From NCBI GenBank assembly GCA_951406725.2, contig OX597824.1:57970001-58034000 (forward strand): a stretch of DNA of 64,000 nucleotides, in the 5' to 3' direction. The stretch comes from Octopus vulgaris. Taxonomy: Eukaryota. Position 1 is the stretch's first letter. Every line of letters starts with the position of its first letter. The notes beneath the pieces were generated by a model, which saw only the letters and a program-made list of their open reading frames with translations, was not told the DNA's origin and did not search any database. Below are positions 25,820-38,493 of the stretch, one piece after another. The position numbers and the translations under genes are program-made.

Positions 25820-28800
25820 CTTTTTATTGTGGCCACACAGGGCTAAACACAGAATAAAAATGGACGAAATACAATGTAGAGTTTTTTCTTTTCGAGGTGG
25901 GATGGGTGGGACACAAAGAAAAAGAAACGTTCGATCAATAGGGATCTGTGGGTTGTGTGGTGTATAAAAATATAATATATAAATAAAGTTTACACTTTAG
26001 GTGTAGCCCTGGAAAGAAAAACCTACAAAAAAGACCAAGGTCACCTCAGACAGTTCGAAAATGAACACATGAGTAAGTCGCCTTACCTCTCGTTGTCTCT
26101 TTTGGTCACAGATTTACGCTTAAAATAGTCTTGTCTTTCATACTGACCATTTTTGCCACTTTTACCCACTTTTTATTAAAACATTCGTTCGACAAAGCCT
26201 TCCTCTCTATTTTCATCCTCCTTTTCAAGTGGTACTTGAAAAGGTTGACGAGAGACTGACCAGAGAGGAAGGTGTTTGTTTGCAGTCCTTTCAAACGCGT
26301 CCAGCACACACATTCTTTCGCCATAGCCATCAGCGTAACGAAAACCGTTTTCCCTTCCCGTTTAAAGGAAGGTGGTGGAGCAATATTCACGATAGACTCG
26401 GCCGATAAGCGGGCTCGTCCTACACGCGACAACAGCTGTTCGACGAAGGTCCACAGCTCTGAAATATCTGGACACTGCACGAGTGCGTGCAGAACGGTTT
26501 CGTCGCTCTGACCGCATCTCGGGCAGGTCGGTCCGGTGATGGTTTTCGAACCGTGCCTGTAGCTCTTCTCTCGAACAGGTAGTGCGTCTCGATAGCATTG
26601 CCAAGCCAGGGATTTCTGGGAGTTATCCATAGGCCCCGGCCCGAACGTTGTCCTGAACAGGCGGGTTAGGAATTTCTCGTCCACGCCTAGGTTTGCCCCG
26701 AGTGTGTCGTCGGACCTCCCCTCCACTAGTCCTCTATAGAACGCTTTAGTCGTTTGTAAGTTGCACAAGTTTGACCCCGGTCGGCAGAGTTGCTGTAGAG
26801 CTTGGCGACACTCTCGGTGCCAATCGCCCAGTTTCGGTCTCTTCCTGATCCACGTTTGCAGTTCGGTCAGTGTGACGAGCTGCGGGAAGGCGCGCTTCAC
26901 AAAGGGCGCCCACACCTGTTCACCGTCATCGATGAAGTTCCGGAGATGTCGCAGTCTCAGCGCATGCCTACGCATCATCAACCACGGCATGCCTAGTCCT
27001 CCATTCAACGAATATTGACAGCAAATGGACCTCCTCACCATTGGAACGCCACCCTTCCACAGGAAGCGGAAGAGTATGCGTTCCAGTTTGGTGATGGTGG
27101 CGTCGGGACAGGGCACGACGGTCAGGCGGTAATCGATGACGGATGCGATGTACGCGTTCGCCACCTCCGCCCGACCTTTTAGAGACAGCTTTCTTTCGGC
27201 CCATGTTTGGCTGAGAGCGACCACTCTACTCGTGATCTCGTCCCAGTTCTTATCCATTTGGAGATCCGGACTGAACCAGACCCCGAGTAATTTAACCGGT
27301 CCGTCCGTCCAGCGTCCCACTACTGAGCCGCAGTCGGACGGCATGGGCTTGCTTCTCCAGGTGCCGAGTAGCAAACCCACTGACTTTTCCGGGTTAATCT
27401 TCGCTCCCGTCACCCTTTCGTATTTTCTTAGTGTCTCGCCTATCATCTGGATGTGTTTTTCACTCGACACTATGACGGTGACATCGTCCGCATATGCCGA
27501 CACGCTCGTCCCGCAACCCAGTTCCCGTGGGATGCCCCTCAGTGTCGCCAGCTTCCGCAGTAGTGGCTCGAGAGTCAATACATACAGAAGCGCCGACAGG
27601 GGACACCCCTGACGGACCGAACGCGTGATGTCAAACGGGTTCGACAGGTGACCGTTCACCCGAATCACCGATCGGATGCCGCTATACAAGGCAGCGATCC
27701 AACCGCGGAAGACGGGACCGAAGCCAGCCGCCCTGAGGACGGCCGCCAAGTACCGATGGTCGACCCTATCGAAGGCTTTAGACTGATCCAAATTGATCAG
27801 CGCCCCACCCATGCCAGGATCCTTAACTACCCTGTCCATAATGTAGCGCATCAGATGGAGGTTGTCATGTATGGTTCTGCCCGGCACGGCGCATGTTTGC
27901 TCCCTGTCGACCAGTTTACCAATGACAAGCGCCAACCTCTCGGCTATTACTTTGGCCAAAATTTTCAAATCTGCGTTGAGCAGAGAGATGGGCTTGAAAT
28001 TATCTATAAAATTCCCCTTGTTTGGGTCTTTCTTCAGCAACGTCACTGCACCTCGGCTCACGAAACCGGGGATTCTCCCGTTTTGTTGCCAGTTGCAGTA
28101 GACTGATGCCAAGAGGTCGCCAAACAAGTCTGGCATTTGACAATACAGCTCGTAGGGTAAACCATCCAAACCAGGCGACTTATCCCATCCCGCACGTCAG
28201 CGGCTGTGATGGGACTTTCACAACACTCCACTTCTCTTGCCGAGAGCCGCGGCAGGTCGGTCAGGTAGGCACTGAGATCCATCCCGCGTTCCGACCCACC
28301 ACTCACACCAAACAGTCGAGCAAAGTGCTGTTGAAAGGCCTCACACATCTTTTCGGATTCGAGTAAACTGTATCCCTGTTGATCTATTAGAGACCGAATG
28401 GTGGCTCTGTTGCCATGCTGTGCCTCTGCTACCCGGGCCTCTCGCGCAGCTTCGATCCCTTCGTTCCTTAAGGCACCCATTTTAGCTCTGACGACGCAAC
28501 CTTCGTGCTTGGCGTTGAGGTGTTGGTCGAGGGCCATCCTCGCAGCCAGCACGCTGCCAGTGGTAAGTGCCTCTTCTAGTTTCTTAACTAAGTCTCCCTC
28601 CACTCTATTTCGATCTATCGCTAATTCCTTGCTAAACCTAATTGATTCCGATTTTATTGCCATTTTCAGGGCGAACCACCAGCGGTTGTTAACGACGGCT
28701 CCCGTCAGCGCCCTCTTAATTAACTCACTAATCCGGTTCCTGTAAACCTGTCGCGCTAAGAGCGACGTGTTCAGTTTCCAGTAACCGGGACCCTGTCTAT

Positions 28801-30380
28801 GTGTCTTATCTAAGTCGAGCTCACACGTCACAAATTTGTGATCTGTGTAGCTGACTATTTTAAATTGTGGACATCCTACACTATCCCTATCCGCTGTCCT
28901 GCATAGAATTCTATCTAGATAAGATCTCGACGATCCGGCGCGGTTTGTCCAATTCCACGTTGGCACGTTCGGATGGTCGAGTCGGAATCTGTCAGACAAA
29001 TGGAAACGTCTGAGTAGGTCTTTGAGGTACTTACACCCCCTTCTATTCCTATCCATTCCCACATAATCTATATGCGTGTCCAATGTAGCGTTCCAATCCC
29101 CTACTAACAGTAAAGGTCTAGGCGTACCCAGGAAAAACTCTAGACGTCTGAAGAAATCCGCCCGACCCGTTAAGGACGGTGCATAAACTGCCATCAGTCG
29201 GAATGCACACCCATTTCTGCCATCCACGTCCAAGACAACCAGCCTACCCTCCGGGTCTAGGAATATTGTTCTTACTTTTACATTTAGACTCTTTCGAAAA
29301 AGTACCGCGGTGCCTCCACCACCCATGTTCGGCAGACAGGGAGAAAAATAAATGTCGAATTGATCGCCAAGCATGGACGCGAGAGCCCGCGGCTTGCTGA
29401 GTCTGGTTTCACTGATAGCTACTATATCCACGTTCAGTGAGTTGATGTCGTTTAGAAGGTAACCTTGTTTCCTAGCCTACGCCAAGCCACGCGCATTCAC
29501 ACAACCTAATTTAAGCATAATTGACGTTTAAGGAATTTATGTTTCACACACTACATTGGAAAAGACAAGAGGCAAGAGGGAAGGCCACTTACCCATTTTG
29601 AAAGTTTCAGTTTTTTCTTCATCTTTTGTAGTGTCTTTGAGGAGGTGTTTGAATAGTTTTTTGGAGAGGTATTTTTGAAACCCTCCTACTGCATTTGGAA
29701 ATATGGTTTTCAGTGTATGGTGTTGTGTTTGTGTTATGTGTAAAATTCTTATGTGTTTCGGTGGAGTGGTGCGCGTATGGTTATTTGTCTTAAAGTCATC
29801 TTCGCAGATGTTCGGGTTGGATGCAATGTAATCCATTAGTTTTTTATTGTCCGTGTCTATTGCTGTTAGTTGTGTGTGGGGTTTTGCGGGGTCATTGATT
29901 TTTTTTTTCTAAGGGGATGCTGTCTGGAGTTAAATATCTCCCTGCTTTACTTCCTTGTTTGGTGGGCTTTTTTGGTCTTTTCCTTTTACCCCCTGTGGCT
30001 ATTTGCCATTCCGTCGAACTTTCGTCGTTGGACGACGAGTCCGAATCAGAAGAGGGTAAAGGCAAAGCGTTTGGATATATATATGTGTTTGTAGAAGGTG
30101 TTGTTGTTTTGTGTGGTGGTTGTGTTGTTGGGGTATTAGGGGCAGGATTTGTCTTTTCGTCATTGTTATTTGTTTTTTTGGTTGTTGTTCTTGGTGCTGG
30201 TGTTGGTGTTGGTCTGTATTTGATGTTGGTGATGTTGCTTCTTTTGTTGGTTGCGATGTCGGAGGTAATTCTCTTCTTGGTGATGTGGTTGGTGAGGGGG
30301 AAGCAGTTTTTGTATCGTCCGCTGTTTTTCCTGTCTTTTGGGTTGAAGGTGGTGTGGGTAGCGTGATCTAGATTCAATCC
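25818..30380 (-). mobile_element. Tx1-clade LINE (copy B): complete ORF2 region plus ORF1 C-terminus
   Basis: APE endonuclease, RT and zinc finger. ORF1 remnant at 29537-30380 is T/K/S-rich. The 3' end AATAAAAAG abuts (TATC)n. Confidence 0.9.
26106..29518 (-). pseudogene. Tx1 ORF2 (APE endonuclease + RT + zinc finger), inactivated
   Basis: MLKLGCVNARGLA* (early TAG), ISET, VYAP, GDWN, YLDR, TDH, YWKLN; frameshift near 28170-28190; PISLLNADLKI, LDQSKAFDRV, QGCPLS, YADD. Confidence 0.9.
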
Positions 30381-30928
30381 TAAAATGTGTAACTTTAGGC
30401 AAAATTTATCTCAGTAGCTTCCAGTTGCTCTGTGCTTTGTGAGTGAAGTAGGGTAGAAGGAAACTGCGCAGAAGCTGTTGGAAGGAATTTACCAGGAGTT
30501 CACAGATGAAGCATCATCACATACCGTGTCAGGCTCTGTCTACTTTAAAATTACGTTGTGCTCCGGACTGTGGAATACTCAGCCATTAACATGTCAATAT
30601 AACGAGTGTGTTATGCATTTGATTGGGTAATTGAATACTCATTGTCGAAGGTGGAGTAGATACATGTTCATTACTAGACACGTCTGTCTGTGTATGTTTG
30701 TGTCTGTGTGCGTGTGTGTACTCGTCTGCGTGAGTTTGTATGTGATTGTTTGTGTGTGTGTATGTGTGTGTGTGTGTGTGCGTTTGTGAAGTTATGTAAA
30801 GTGATAGGATTTCGTGGTGGAGTAAATCAGAAGCTTCGACCGAATATATAATCTTAATTTCAATTGCAATTTGTTAAATTAATTTTCTGCGTGCACTAAC
30901 GTGCACATATGTGTGTGTGTGTGTGTGT

Positions 30929-30978
<50 letters not shown>

Positions 30979-32369
30979 AGGAATGTATGTATGTTGCAAC
31001 CAAATACTGCTTGCTGCATTAGGTGTGAACAAAATTTTGTTGGAGTTAAATGCAGTGTTGTGGTGAAAAGCGATATCGGTGCATTACACGTAAATTTCAT
31101 TAGTTGTGTAGAACCTGATACAAGATGTCTGTGAAGGAAGAATTGTTCTTTTGGTGTAAGAATGGAATAAAAATAGCAGAGAATCAGTTGAGGTGACAAC
31201 TTTAACAAAATACTTTGCCGATCATCATCAAGATTGTTATGTTAGCTGTCTTGTAACTAACATGTCTGACTGTGTTTGTCTAAGTGACTGACGTGTACAG
31301 ATGTGTGTGTATGGCTGTGTGGGTGCGTGCATGTTTGTGTGAGTATATATAAACTTGTGAGTATGTGTATGTATATAAATGTAAGTGTGCATACATATAC
31401 ACAGATACATATACACACATATATATACATAACATGCATAGTCATATATATGCACTGTGTACATATAATTATATATCTGTGAAATTGAAGTGTGCGTCTG
31501 GGTGTATATGTGTGTATGTGTGTGTGTGCGTGTGTGTGAGTATGTGTGTGTGTGTGTGTGTACAACATGTATAAAATTCAGTGAATATATATTTCAAGCT
31601 TAAAAAATTGAACGGAACTTCAACTAGTATAGTCAGTGGGAAAATGATGACTGCGGATTTCTCAACATGCACACGCGCGCGCGCACACACGTTCACACAC
31701 ACACACACGCACACGCACACGCACACACACACACACACGCACAAACACTCACGCACACGCACACACCCAGTGGACGCTACATACTCACACATACAAGCAC
31801 ACTACACACACACATAAACGCCCACACTACATGTTCAAACATAAACCACACACACACACCACACCGTACATATATACAAACACACACATACCTCTCTCCC
31901 CCATACAAGCGCTTATAAAAGTTCTCCAGAATAGGCAACTTTCAACCTTTGAAAGAAATATTTTGGAATTGTGGATGGCAGGGAACCAGGAAAGGAAATA
32001 CGAGAAAATAACTTGAGGTAATATTGGTTATATTCCTGTAACAAATATCATGCTGATCAATATCGTGTTCCTTCTTGTTGGTGATTTATTTCTCTGCATT
32101 GAAAATAATAGAATTATATATGAAGGCTGAAATCTTGGAAGTTACTGTCGATTTTTTCTTGAAGACAGCGTTAATAGTCATCTAAAACTTTGTTCTGAAA
32201 CATACGTATATTGAGGCCTACACCAGGTCATTAGTCTCACAATGCCCAAGCGAAATATTTATATACATATGTAAACACATCCATGATATCACTACACCAG
32301 AAGGATTTGCTGAATTCTGATTCGTCTCCTGTGGTTGCCACTGTTCATATTTTTTCTGTCTTATGAAAA

Positions 32370-33000
32370 TTTATCCCGATATTATGAAGTCTAAGAATTT
32401 GAGAATTAAAGTTTGATGTGATGGTACTATGGTATTTGGCAGAAGCGTTTTCAACCATCCGTGAAATTATGTCTGATCATGACGATTATTACCTTGCTTG
32501 GAAACAAGTGAAGTTTGACGGCATGAAGGGCATCCGGTTGTAGAAAATCAACCTTTAACATATTCCGTCAGACCCATGCAAGCATTGAATAAAATGCACG
32601 TAAAATCGATGGCAATAGCGATGTGCAAGATCCATTTCAAACAGATTGGGAAAGTGTATAGAGAAGGGAAGAGTGTACAACAGAAATGAAGTCATCCAGC
32701 AACATTATAATGCCTGGCCACATTCACTGAAGATATTCCAAGAAAAGGTACAATCCTTTGCTGAGAACCTATACCTCATAATCTCTACTTACCAAACCTT
32801 GCACCAGATTTCCACTTATTCAGATCACTTGAACACTCTAGCAGTGGAAAGCATTCAGAAGCAGAGACGACCGCAAAACGGTATCCAAACATATTTTTTC
32901 ATCTAAAGCTCCTGACTTTTTACCATAGAAGACAGAAACTAGTTTCAAAGTGGAAAAATGTGTTTGCTAATGATATTTTGAATGAATAACAATATTTATG
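32370..33000 (+). pseudogene. Decayed mariner transposase C-terminal relic, interrupted by a SINE-like insert (~32450-32620)
   Basis: QHYNAWPH resembles HDNARPH, and a broken YSPDLAPxDFHLFRSLEH-like stretch lies at ~32780-32840. Confidence 0.55.
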
Positions 33001-33169
33001 ATATGGTTTATTCCGATTTGAAGTAATACAAAATAAATTACTTCGCAGTATTCCTAAAATAGTTCCTTATGAGCTACATTAGAGGATCAAGGGTTAAAAT
33101 TTTCCTGCTTATGTGTTTATCATACTTGAACTTGCAGCTTGTAAATGCTATACATACACACACATATAT

Positions 33170-33350
33170 TTGCCATGATAGATCGCTAGCATTCTTTATT
33201 TTCTCTCCCTGTTTCTTTCTGTGTTCTTTTCTGTGGAAGTGCGTAGGCTCGAAACGTTAAAAACTTTTTCACTTCCCGAGCGTTAAACTAATACATCTGT
33301 TTGTTGTCTACACCACCTGACTTCGGCTTTTTTTGTGAATTCTCCCTGTA
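33170..33350 (+). mobile_element. Penelope-like pseudo-LTR fragment (same family as 36910-37104)
   Basis: Aligns by eye with 36910-37104 and carries the same hammerhead-like motif. Confidence 0.75.
33226..33263 (+). ncRNA. Minimal hammerhead-like motif, A6U core variant, partly decayed
   Basis: TTTT-CTGTGGA-A GTGC GTAG GCTC-GAAAC-GTT-AAAA. Confidence 0.55.
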
Positions 33351-33384
33351 TAAACACAGAAACATACGCACATATACATACACA

Positions 33385-33423
<39 letters not shown>

Positions 33424-33452
33424 ACAGAAACATACACACACATACATACACA

Positions 33453-33506
<54 letters not shown>

Positions 33507-33524
33507 CATACATATACATGCATA

Positions 33525-33690
33525 TGGCGGGCTTCTTTCCGTTTCTGTCTACCAAATCTACTCACAATGCTTTCTGGTTGACTCGAGACTATAATAGAAG
33601 ACCTTTTCCCAAGGCACCACGCAGTGGAACTGAACCCGGAAACACGTGGTTAGGAAGCAAGCTTCTTATCGCACAGCCACGCCTGTGCCT
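33525..33690 (-). mobile_element. CORE-like SINE 5' half
   Basis: Reverse complement of the 279-440 head and CORE region. Confidence 0.75.
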
Positions 33691-33779
33691 ACACACACAC
33701 ACACACGCGCGTGTGTGTATATATATATATATATATACGTGTCTGTGTGTGTCAGAGAGAGAGTGTGTGTGTATACAAT

Positions 33780-33975
33780 TTGTCCACCACCATCATCACT
33801 TGACAACCGGTATTCGTTTACGTCCCTGTAACCTAGCGGTTCGGCCACAGACGCTGATAGATTTTTAACAAAAAAGTACCGGGCTCGATTCTTTCGACTA
33901 AAATCTTTTGAGGTGGTGCCCTAGCATGGTCGCAGTCGAATAATTGAAACGAGTAAGAAATGAAAGCTAAAAGAT
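33780..33975 (+). mobile_element. CORE-like SINE 3' half
   Basis: CTTGACAACCGG...GGTGGTGCCCTAGCATGGTCGCAGTC...GAAAC. Confidence 0.75.
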
Positions 33976-34400
33976 TGTAACAGAATGCAAGCAGACTGCC
34001 TTATCTATAGCAAGCACGTGCGTAGCTATAGACCCACGTAATTTCCTTCATTGAAGGGATGTCGGTCCGAAATTTGAGCCTATTTTCTTCTTCTCTTCCA
34101 ATTTGTTGCTGCCTGATCTCAGAAAACATTCAGAACCAAATCAAAAGGAATTACAACTTGTACAATTAAGAAAGCCTCATGAAAGGATATTAAGTTTAAA
34201 ACAAATATATATTCGTAAAATCTGCAGCTTCTGTGTAACCATTTCTAAGGATGTTTGGATAAAATAAAATAAACCAAAACAGAAGGAAAGGAAAACATAC
34301 AATAAAACAAAGTAGATACGGCTGTATGATTAAATCGTTTGCTTCATAATCACGTGATTTCGGCTTTGCGATTTCTTGTGCAAATGATTTCTGTCATATG

Positions 34401-34716
34401 TAGGCGCTGGTGTGGCTGTGTGGTTTCGATTTCAGATCCACTGTGTGGCACCTTAGGCAGTTGGCTTCGACTATAACCTCGGACCTACCAAAGAATTTTG
34501 TGAGTTGATTTGGTTGACGGAAACTGAAAGAAGCCTATCGAATATGTATATATGTGTGTCATTGTGTCAGTTTGTGCGATTTGACAAAAGAGACCAATAG
34601 AATAAGCTCTAGGCTTTAAAAAATCCTTGTGTCAATTTGTTCGACTAAAATCCTTCAAGGCGATGCCCCAGAATGGCCGCAGTCAAATGACTGAAACAAG
34701 TAAAAGATAAAAGATA
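34401..34716 (+). mobile_element. CORE-like SINE, internally deleted
   Basis: TAGGCGCTGGTGTGGCTGTGTGG head, GACGGAAACTGAAAGAAGCC, and tail GGCCGCAGTCAAATGACTGAAACAAGTAAAAGA. Confidence 0.8.
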
Positions 34717-35213
34717 GTGTGTACATTTGTAAGTGATACATAGACACAAGTAGGACCATTGAAATCAAGAACACAAGATCCAACTCTATTGCTCCCCGAC
34801 TGCAATTTCCTTTTAACGCTTCTAAATATCAAAAATACCAGCACTACTGACTGCCATTAGACCATCTGTATAAGCAAACGAAGAGGCTTGTCGATGAATA
34901 TTTGAACTGCAAAGCATGCAGCCAGATCTTCCTCAGTTATTATCCTATCACCATTTGTTTTTTTTTATTTGTTTTTTTTTTTGCCTATGGACCCCTTTGA
35001 TTTCTATTTTACTCTGGTGGACCCCTATAAATTAATGCATCGGTTTTTAGTAGAACAAATCGACCCCAAAACATTTTTCAAAGCCTGTTACTTATTCTAT
35101 CGATCTCTTATCCCTGTAAATTAGAAGTTACAGGGATATAAACAAACCAAGACCGGTTGTCAAGCGGTGACTGGAGGACAAACACAGACACAAAAACACA
35201 CCCACCCACACAT

Positions 35214-35267
<54 letters not shown>

Positions 35268-35370
35268 GGAACTGAAACATGTTATAATGTGTATATATAA
35301 AAATTAAAAATTGTATAATACAGCAGCATTTTCGAACTTCATTTTTTACAAATATATATATATATATATA

Positions 35371-35830
35371 CCGTTAATCCTCAAGTATAATCCGCACTTT
35401 TTTCCCAAAATTTAAAGGTCAAAATCCCTAGTGCGTACTATATACGAGGTTAAAAATGAAAGATATTTTCTAAGCAATGTCCGAGGTTCTATTTGCTAGG
35501 CCTGAAAGCAATGAAGTCATAAAAGAATCATCCATAACTTGCAGTAAGCAACATTTAAAATAAAAATATTCAGAACACAGAATAACATGTAACAAAAACA
35601 ATTTGCAAACATATTTACATTCCCATATAACAGTTAAGAACATCACCATTATTGTATTACGCATGCGTGGAAGTGTTTGTTCGACTAGGCGCTGCTGGCT
35701 TAATTACGCACGACTCAAGTTAGAGAAGGGGTGTGCATTATACACAAGGTTAAGGTTTTTCAGAGGTACAGCCCCCTAAAAATCCCCTGCATATTATACT
35801 CAAGGGCGGACTATACTCGAGGATTTATGG
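35371..35830. mobile_element. Tc1/mariner-superfamily (Tc2/pogo-like) MITE in (TA)n
   Basis: TIRs CCGTTAATCCTCAAGTATAATCCGC / GCGGACTATACTCGAGGATTTATGG, TA flanks, and repeated subterminal GC..A.TATAC.C.AGG motifs. Confidence 0.8.
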
Positions 35831-35855
35831 TATATATACAGACATATATACATTT

Positions 35856-35888
<33 letters not shown>

Positions 35889-35940
35889 CACATATATATA
35901 AATGTATATATATGTATATACAGACATATATACATTTATA

Positions 35941-35981
<41 letters not shown>

Positions 35982-36005
35982 GTATGTATGTGTGTGTGTA
36001 TATAT

Positions 36006-37104
36006 ATCGACTCCTTCACCTGCACCTCCAGCAATATCATCTATTGCATCTCCTGCTCTCTCTGCCATTCCCTGTACATCGGACAAACGGGACGCCGCTT
36101 GGCTGACCGGTTCGCGGAACACCTCCGAGACATCCGCCTTGCCAACGACACACCGGTCACTCCTTGCAACACCTGTCTGTGTTCGGATTGTCCTTGCACA
36201 GAGGCCATCCGGATTCCCGTTTGCGCCGTGAAGAGAGATTAATCTTCTCTCTTCGCTCTTTTACGCCATTTGGTCTCAACTCTCCCCCTCTTTTCATCTA
36301 ACCACCCCCCTTTTTTTTCATCTAACCTCCCCCCGACTCCTACTTCTCTTCAGTCCTTCATCTTTTCACCCCTACTCTCTTTCCCTCCTCTTCCCTCCTT
36401 TCCCTTCTTCTTCTTCTTCTCTTCTTCCCTCTCTCTTTCTCTCTGCTCCCTCACTCCCCTTCTCTCCTCTCCTCTCCCACCTCCTCCTCTCCCACCTCCT
36501 CCTCTCCATCTCCCCTCATTTCCCCTCCCCTTCCCCTTCCTTCTCCTCTCCCCCTCCTTCTCCCCTCTTCCCACTCCCCCCCTCTCACTCTCCTCACAGC
36601 CCCCCTCTACCCTAACCCCTAGCCGAACCCACACCCCACATGGGCTTTCCCCACTCTCGCCCCCACCTCCCCACAACATCACACCACACTACACTACACC
36701 ATACGACATTACACATCACATCATACATACATACATAGTCCAGACCACCAGCCCTCTTCCACATGCACATACATACTCTCTTATGCACACATGCACCTTC
36801 ATGTTGGGGCGAGGTCACTTGACACTGTTATCTCTCCTACTATCCCTCTAGCGTCTAACGTCTGACCTCTAACGTTTGACCTCCGATCTCTGACTTCTGA
36901 AATCAGAACGCCATGTTGGATCGTTAGCCCCTACACGCAATTTTTTCTCTCCTTGTTTCTTTTCTGTGTATCTTTCTGTCGAAGAGCGTAGGCTCGAAAC
37001 GTAAAAGACTTGTTTTATTTCTATTCCTGAGCGCCATACTAATACATTGTGTGTTTGTACTCCACCTGCCTTCGTTTTTTGTTTATTTTCGTAAACCTTC
37101 CCGT
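36006..37104 (+). mobile_element. 5'-truncated Penelope-like element: GIY-YIG fragment plus pseudo-LTR
   Basis: [40 protein letters not shown], a C/T-rich 3' tract and a hammerhead motif; (TA)n on both sides. Confidence 0.9.
36971..37008 (+). ncRNA. Minimal type I hammerhead, A6U core variant
   Basis: TCTTT-CTGTCGA-A GAGC GTAG GCTC-GAAAC-GTA-AAAGA: stem I 5 bp, stem II 4 bp, palindromic ACGT stem III. Confidence 0.7.
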
Positions 37105-37310
37105 TATATATATATATATATATATATATACATCCATACACACACATATATACGACACGTTTCTTTCAGTTTCCTTCTACCAAATCTACTCACTAGGCTT
37201 TGGTCGGCCCGGGGCTATAGTAGAAGACGCTTGACCAAGTTGCCACACACCCATAACCTGCGCTTGCATGTATAAATGTATATATATGTATGTAAGCTTA
37301 TATATATATA

Positions 37311-37720
37311 TCTCTTATTATAAAAGGCAGATTTTATCTGCCTCCCTTTGGGAGTTATACAAATCTACAATATAGGATTTCTTCAATTACAATTTACCTG
37401 GCATTTTTAAGAGTACAATGCATCGCGTCATGCCAGGTCCAGTTTTTAAAATTTAAACTCCAATTAAGCAAAATTTACAGAAAACTCACATTCTGGTGTG
37501 TGTGTCAAATGCTTTTCTTAGTCTGGTTTACACCACACGCAAACGCACACACACAGTGGGCAACGAATAAAATGAAAGTAAATAGCGGACAGAGTGATTT
37601 GAGGAAGACTAAAGTGAAAGTATTCTGTCTATGACGATGATAGATACATGAGTAAAATGTATGGGAAGCTAAGAGCTAAGAGTGAGTGAAAATGTTCTTG
37701 GAAGAGAGTAATTAGTAATA
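37311..37720 (+). mobile_element. Probable non-autonomous Helitron 5' portion
   Basis: A|TCTCTTATTATAAAAGG start is typical of Helitron 5' ends; no clear hairpin-CTAG end. Confidence 0.4.
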
Positions 37721-37754
37721 AAGTAAACATACACTCATACATACATACATACAT

Positions 37755-37787
<33 letters not shown>

Positions 37788-37854
37788 TACACACATACAC
37801 ACACACATACATACATACATACATACATACACACACACACATACATACACACAC

Positions 37855-37885
<31 letters not shown>

Positions 37886-38024
37886 CATACATACATACAC
37901 ACACACACATACACACAGTATTGAAGCTTGAGAACAATCAGATACATTTGCAACACATCTGTTGAAAATATTATTGTTCACACACATACATATACATATA
38001 TACATACAGACAGACAGACAGACA

Positions 38025-38060
<36 letters not shown>

Positions 38061-38104
38061 ATCCAGCATGGCCACAACCTCAAGGCTGAAACATAAAAGA
38101 ATAA

Positions 38105-38475
38105 CAGAATATAAATGTGTGCAAAGTACAAGAAATATTAATGCAGTATATGGGGATTGGACAATAAGCGTAAGGCAGTGTCAATGGTGGTTCCAGAAAT
38201 CCCGAGCCATAAACTACAGCCTAGAAGACGAGCCTCATCCTGAAAGATCTGTAGAACTCGACAAGGACATCCTGAAAACCCTGGTGGAACAACATATCAT
38301 CGTAACTGTTGAGGAACTAGCAGAGAAGCTTGGATTTGGTCATTCAACCATTCATTGACACCTGTGTGCTATAGGAAAAGTCAGCAAATTGGGTCAATGG
38401 GTTCCTCACGAACTTTCCGAGTCTAATTGCATGCAGAGAGTGAATGTATGCTTTTCTTTGCTGTCATATCTCACC
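38105..38475 (+). pseudogene. Mariner transposase N-terminal fragment
   Basis: RNINAVYG..WFQK..LEDEPH..TVEELAEKLG.. and, after a stop, KLGQWVPHELS (WVPHEL motif). Confidence 0.85.
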
Positions 38476-38493
38476 ACTACTGCGCTATGTATA

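Noticed and set aside
24243-27240. Tx1 copies A and B as an assembly duplication
   Set aside because: Numerous substitutions and different 3' UTRs show that they are distinct subfamilies.
27136-30371. Plus-strand ORFs over Tx1 copy B
   Set aside because: Antisense shadows of the GC-rich minus-strand ORF1/ORF2.
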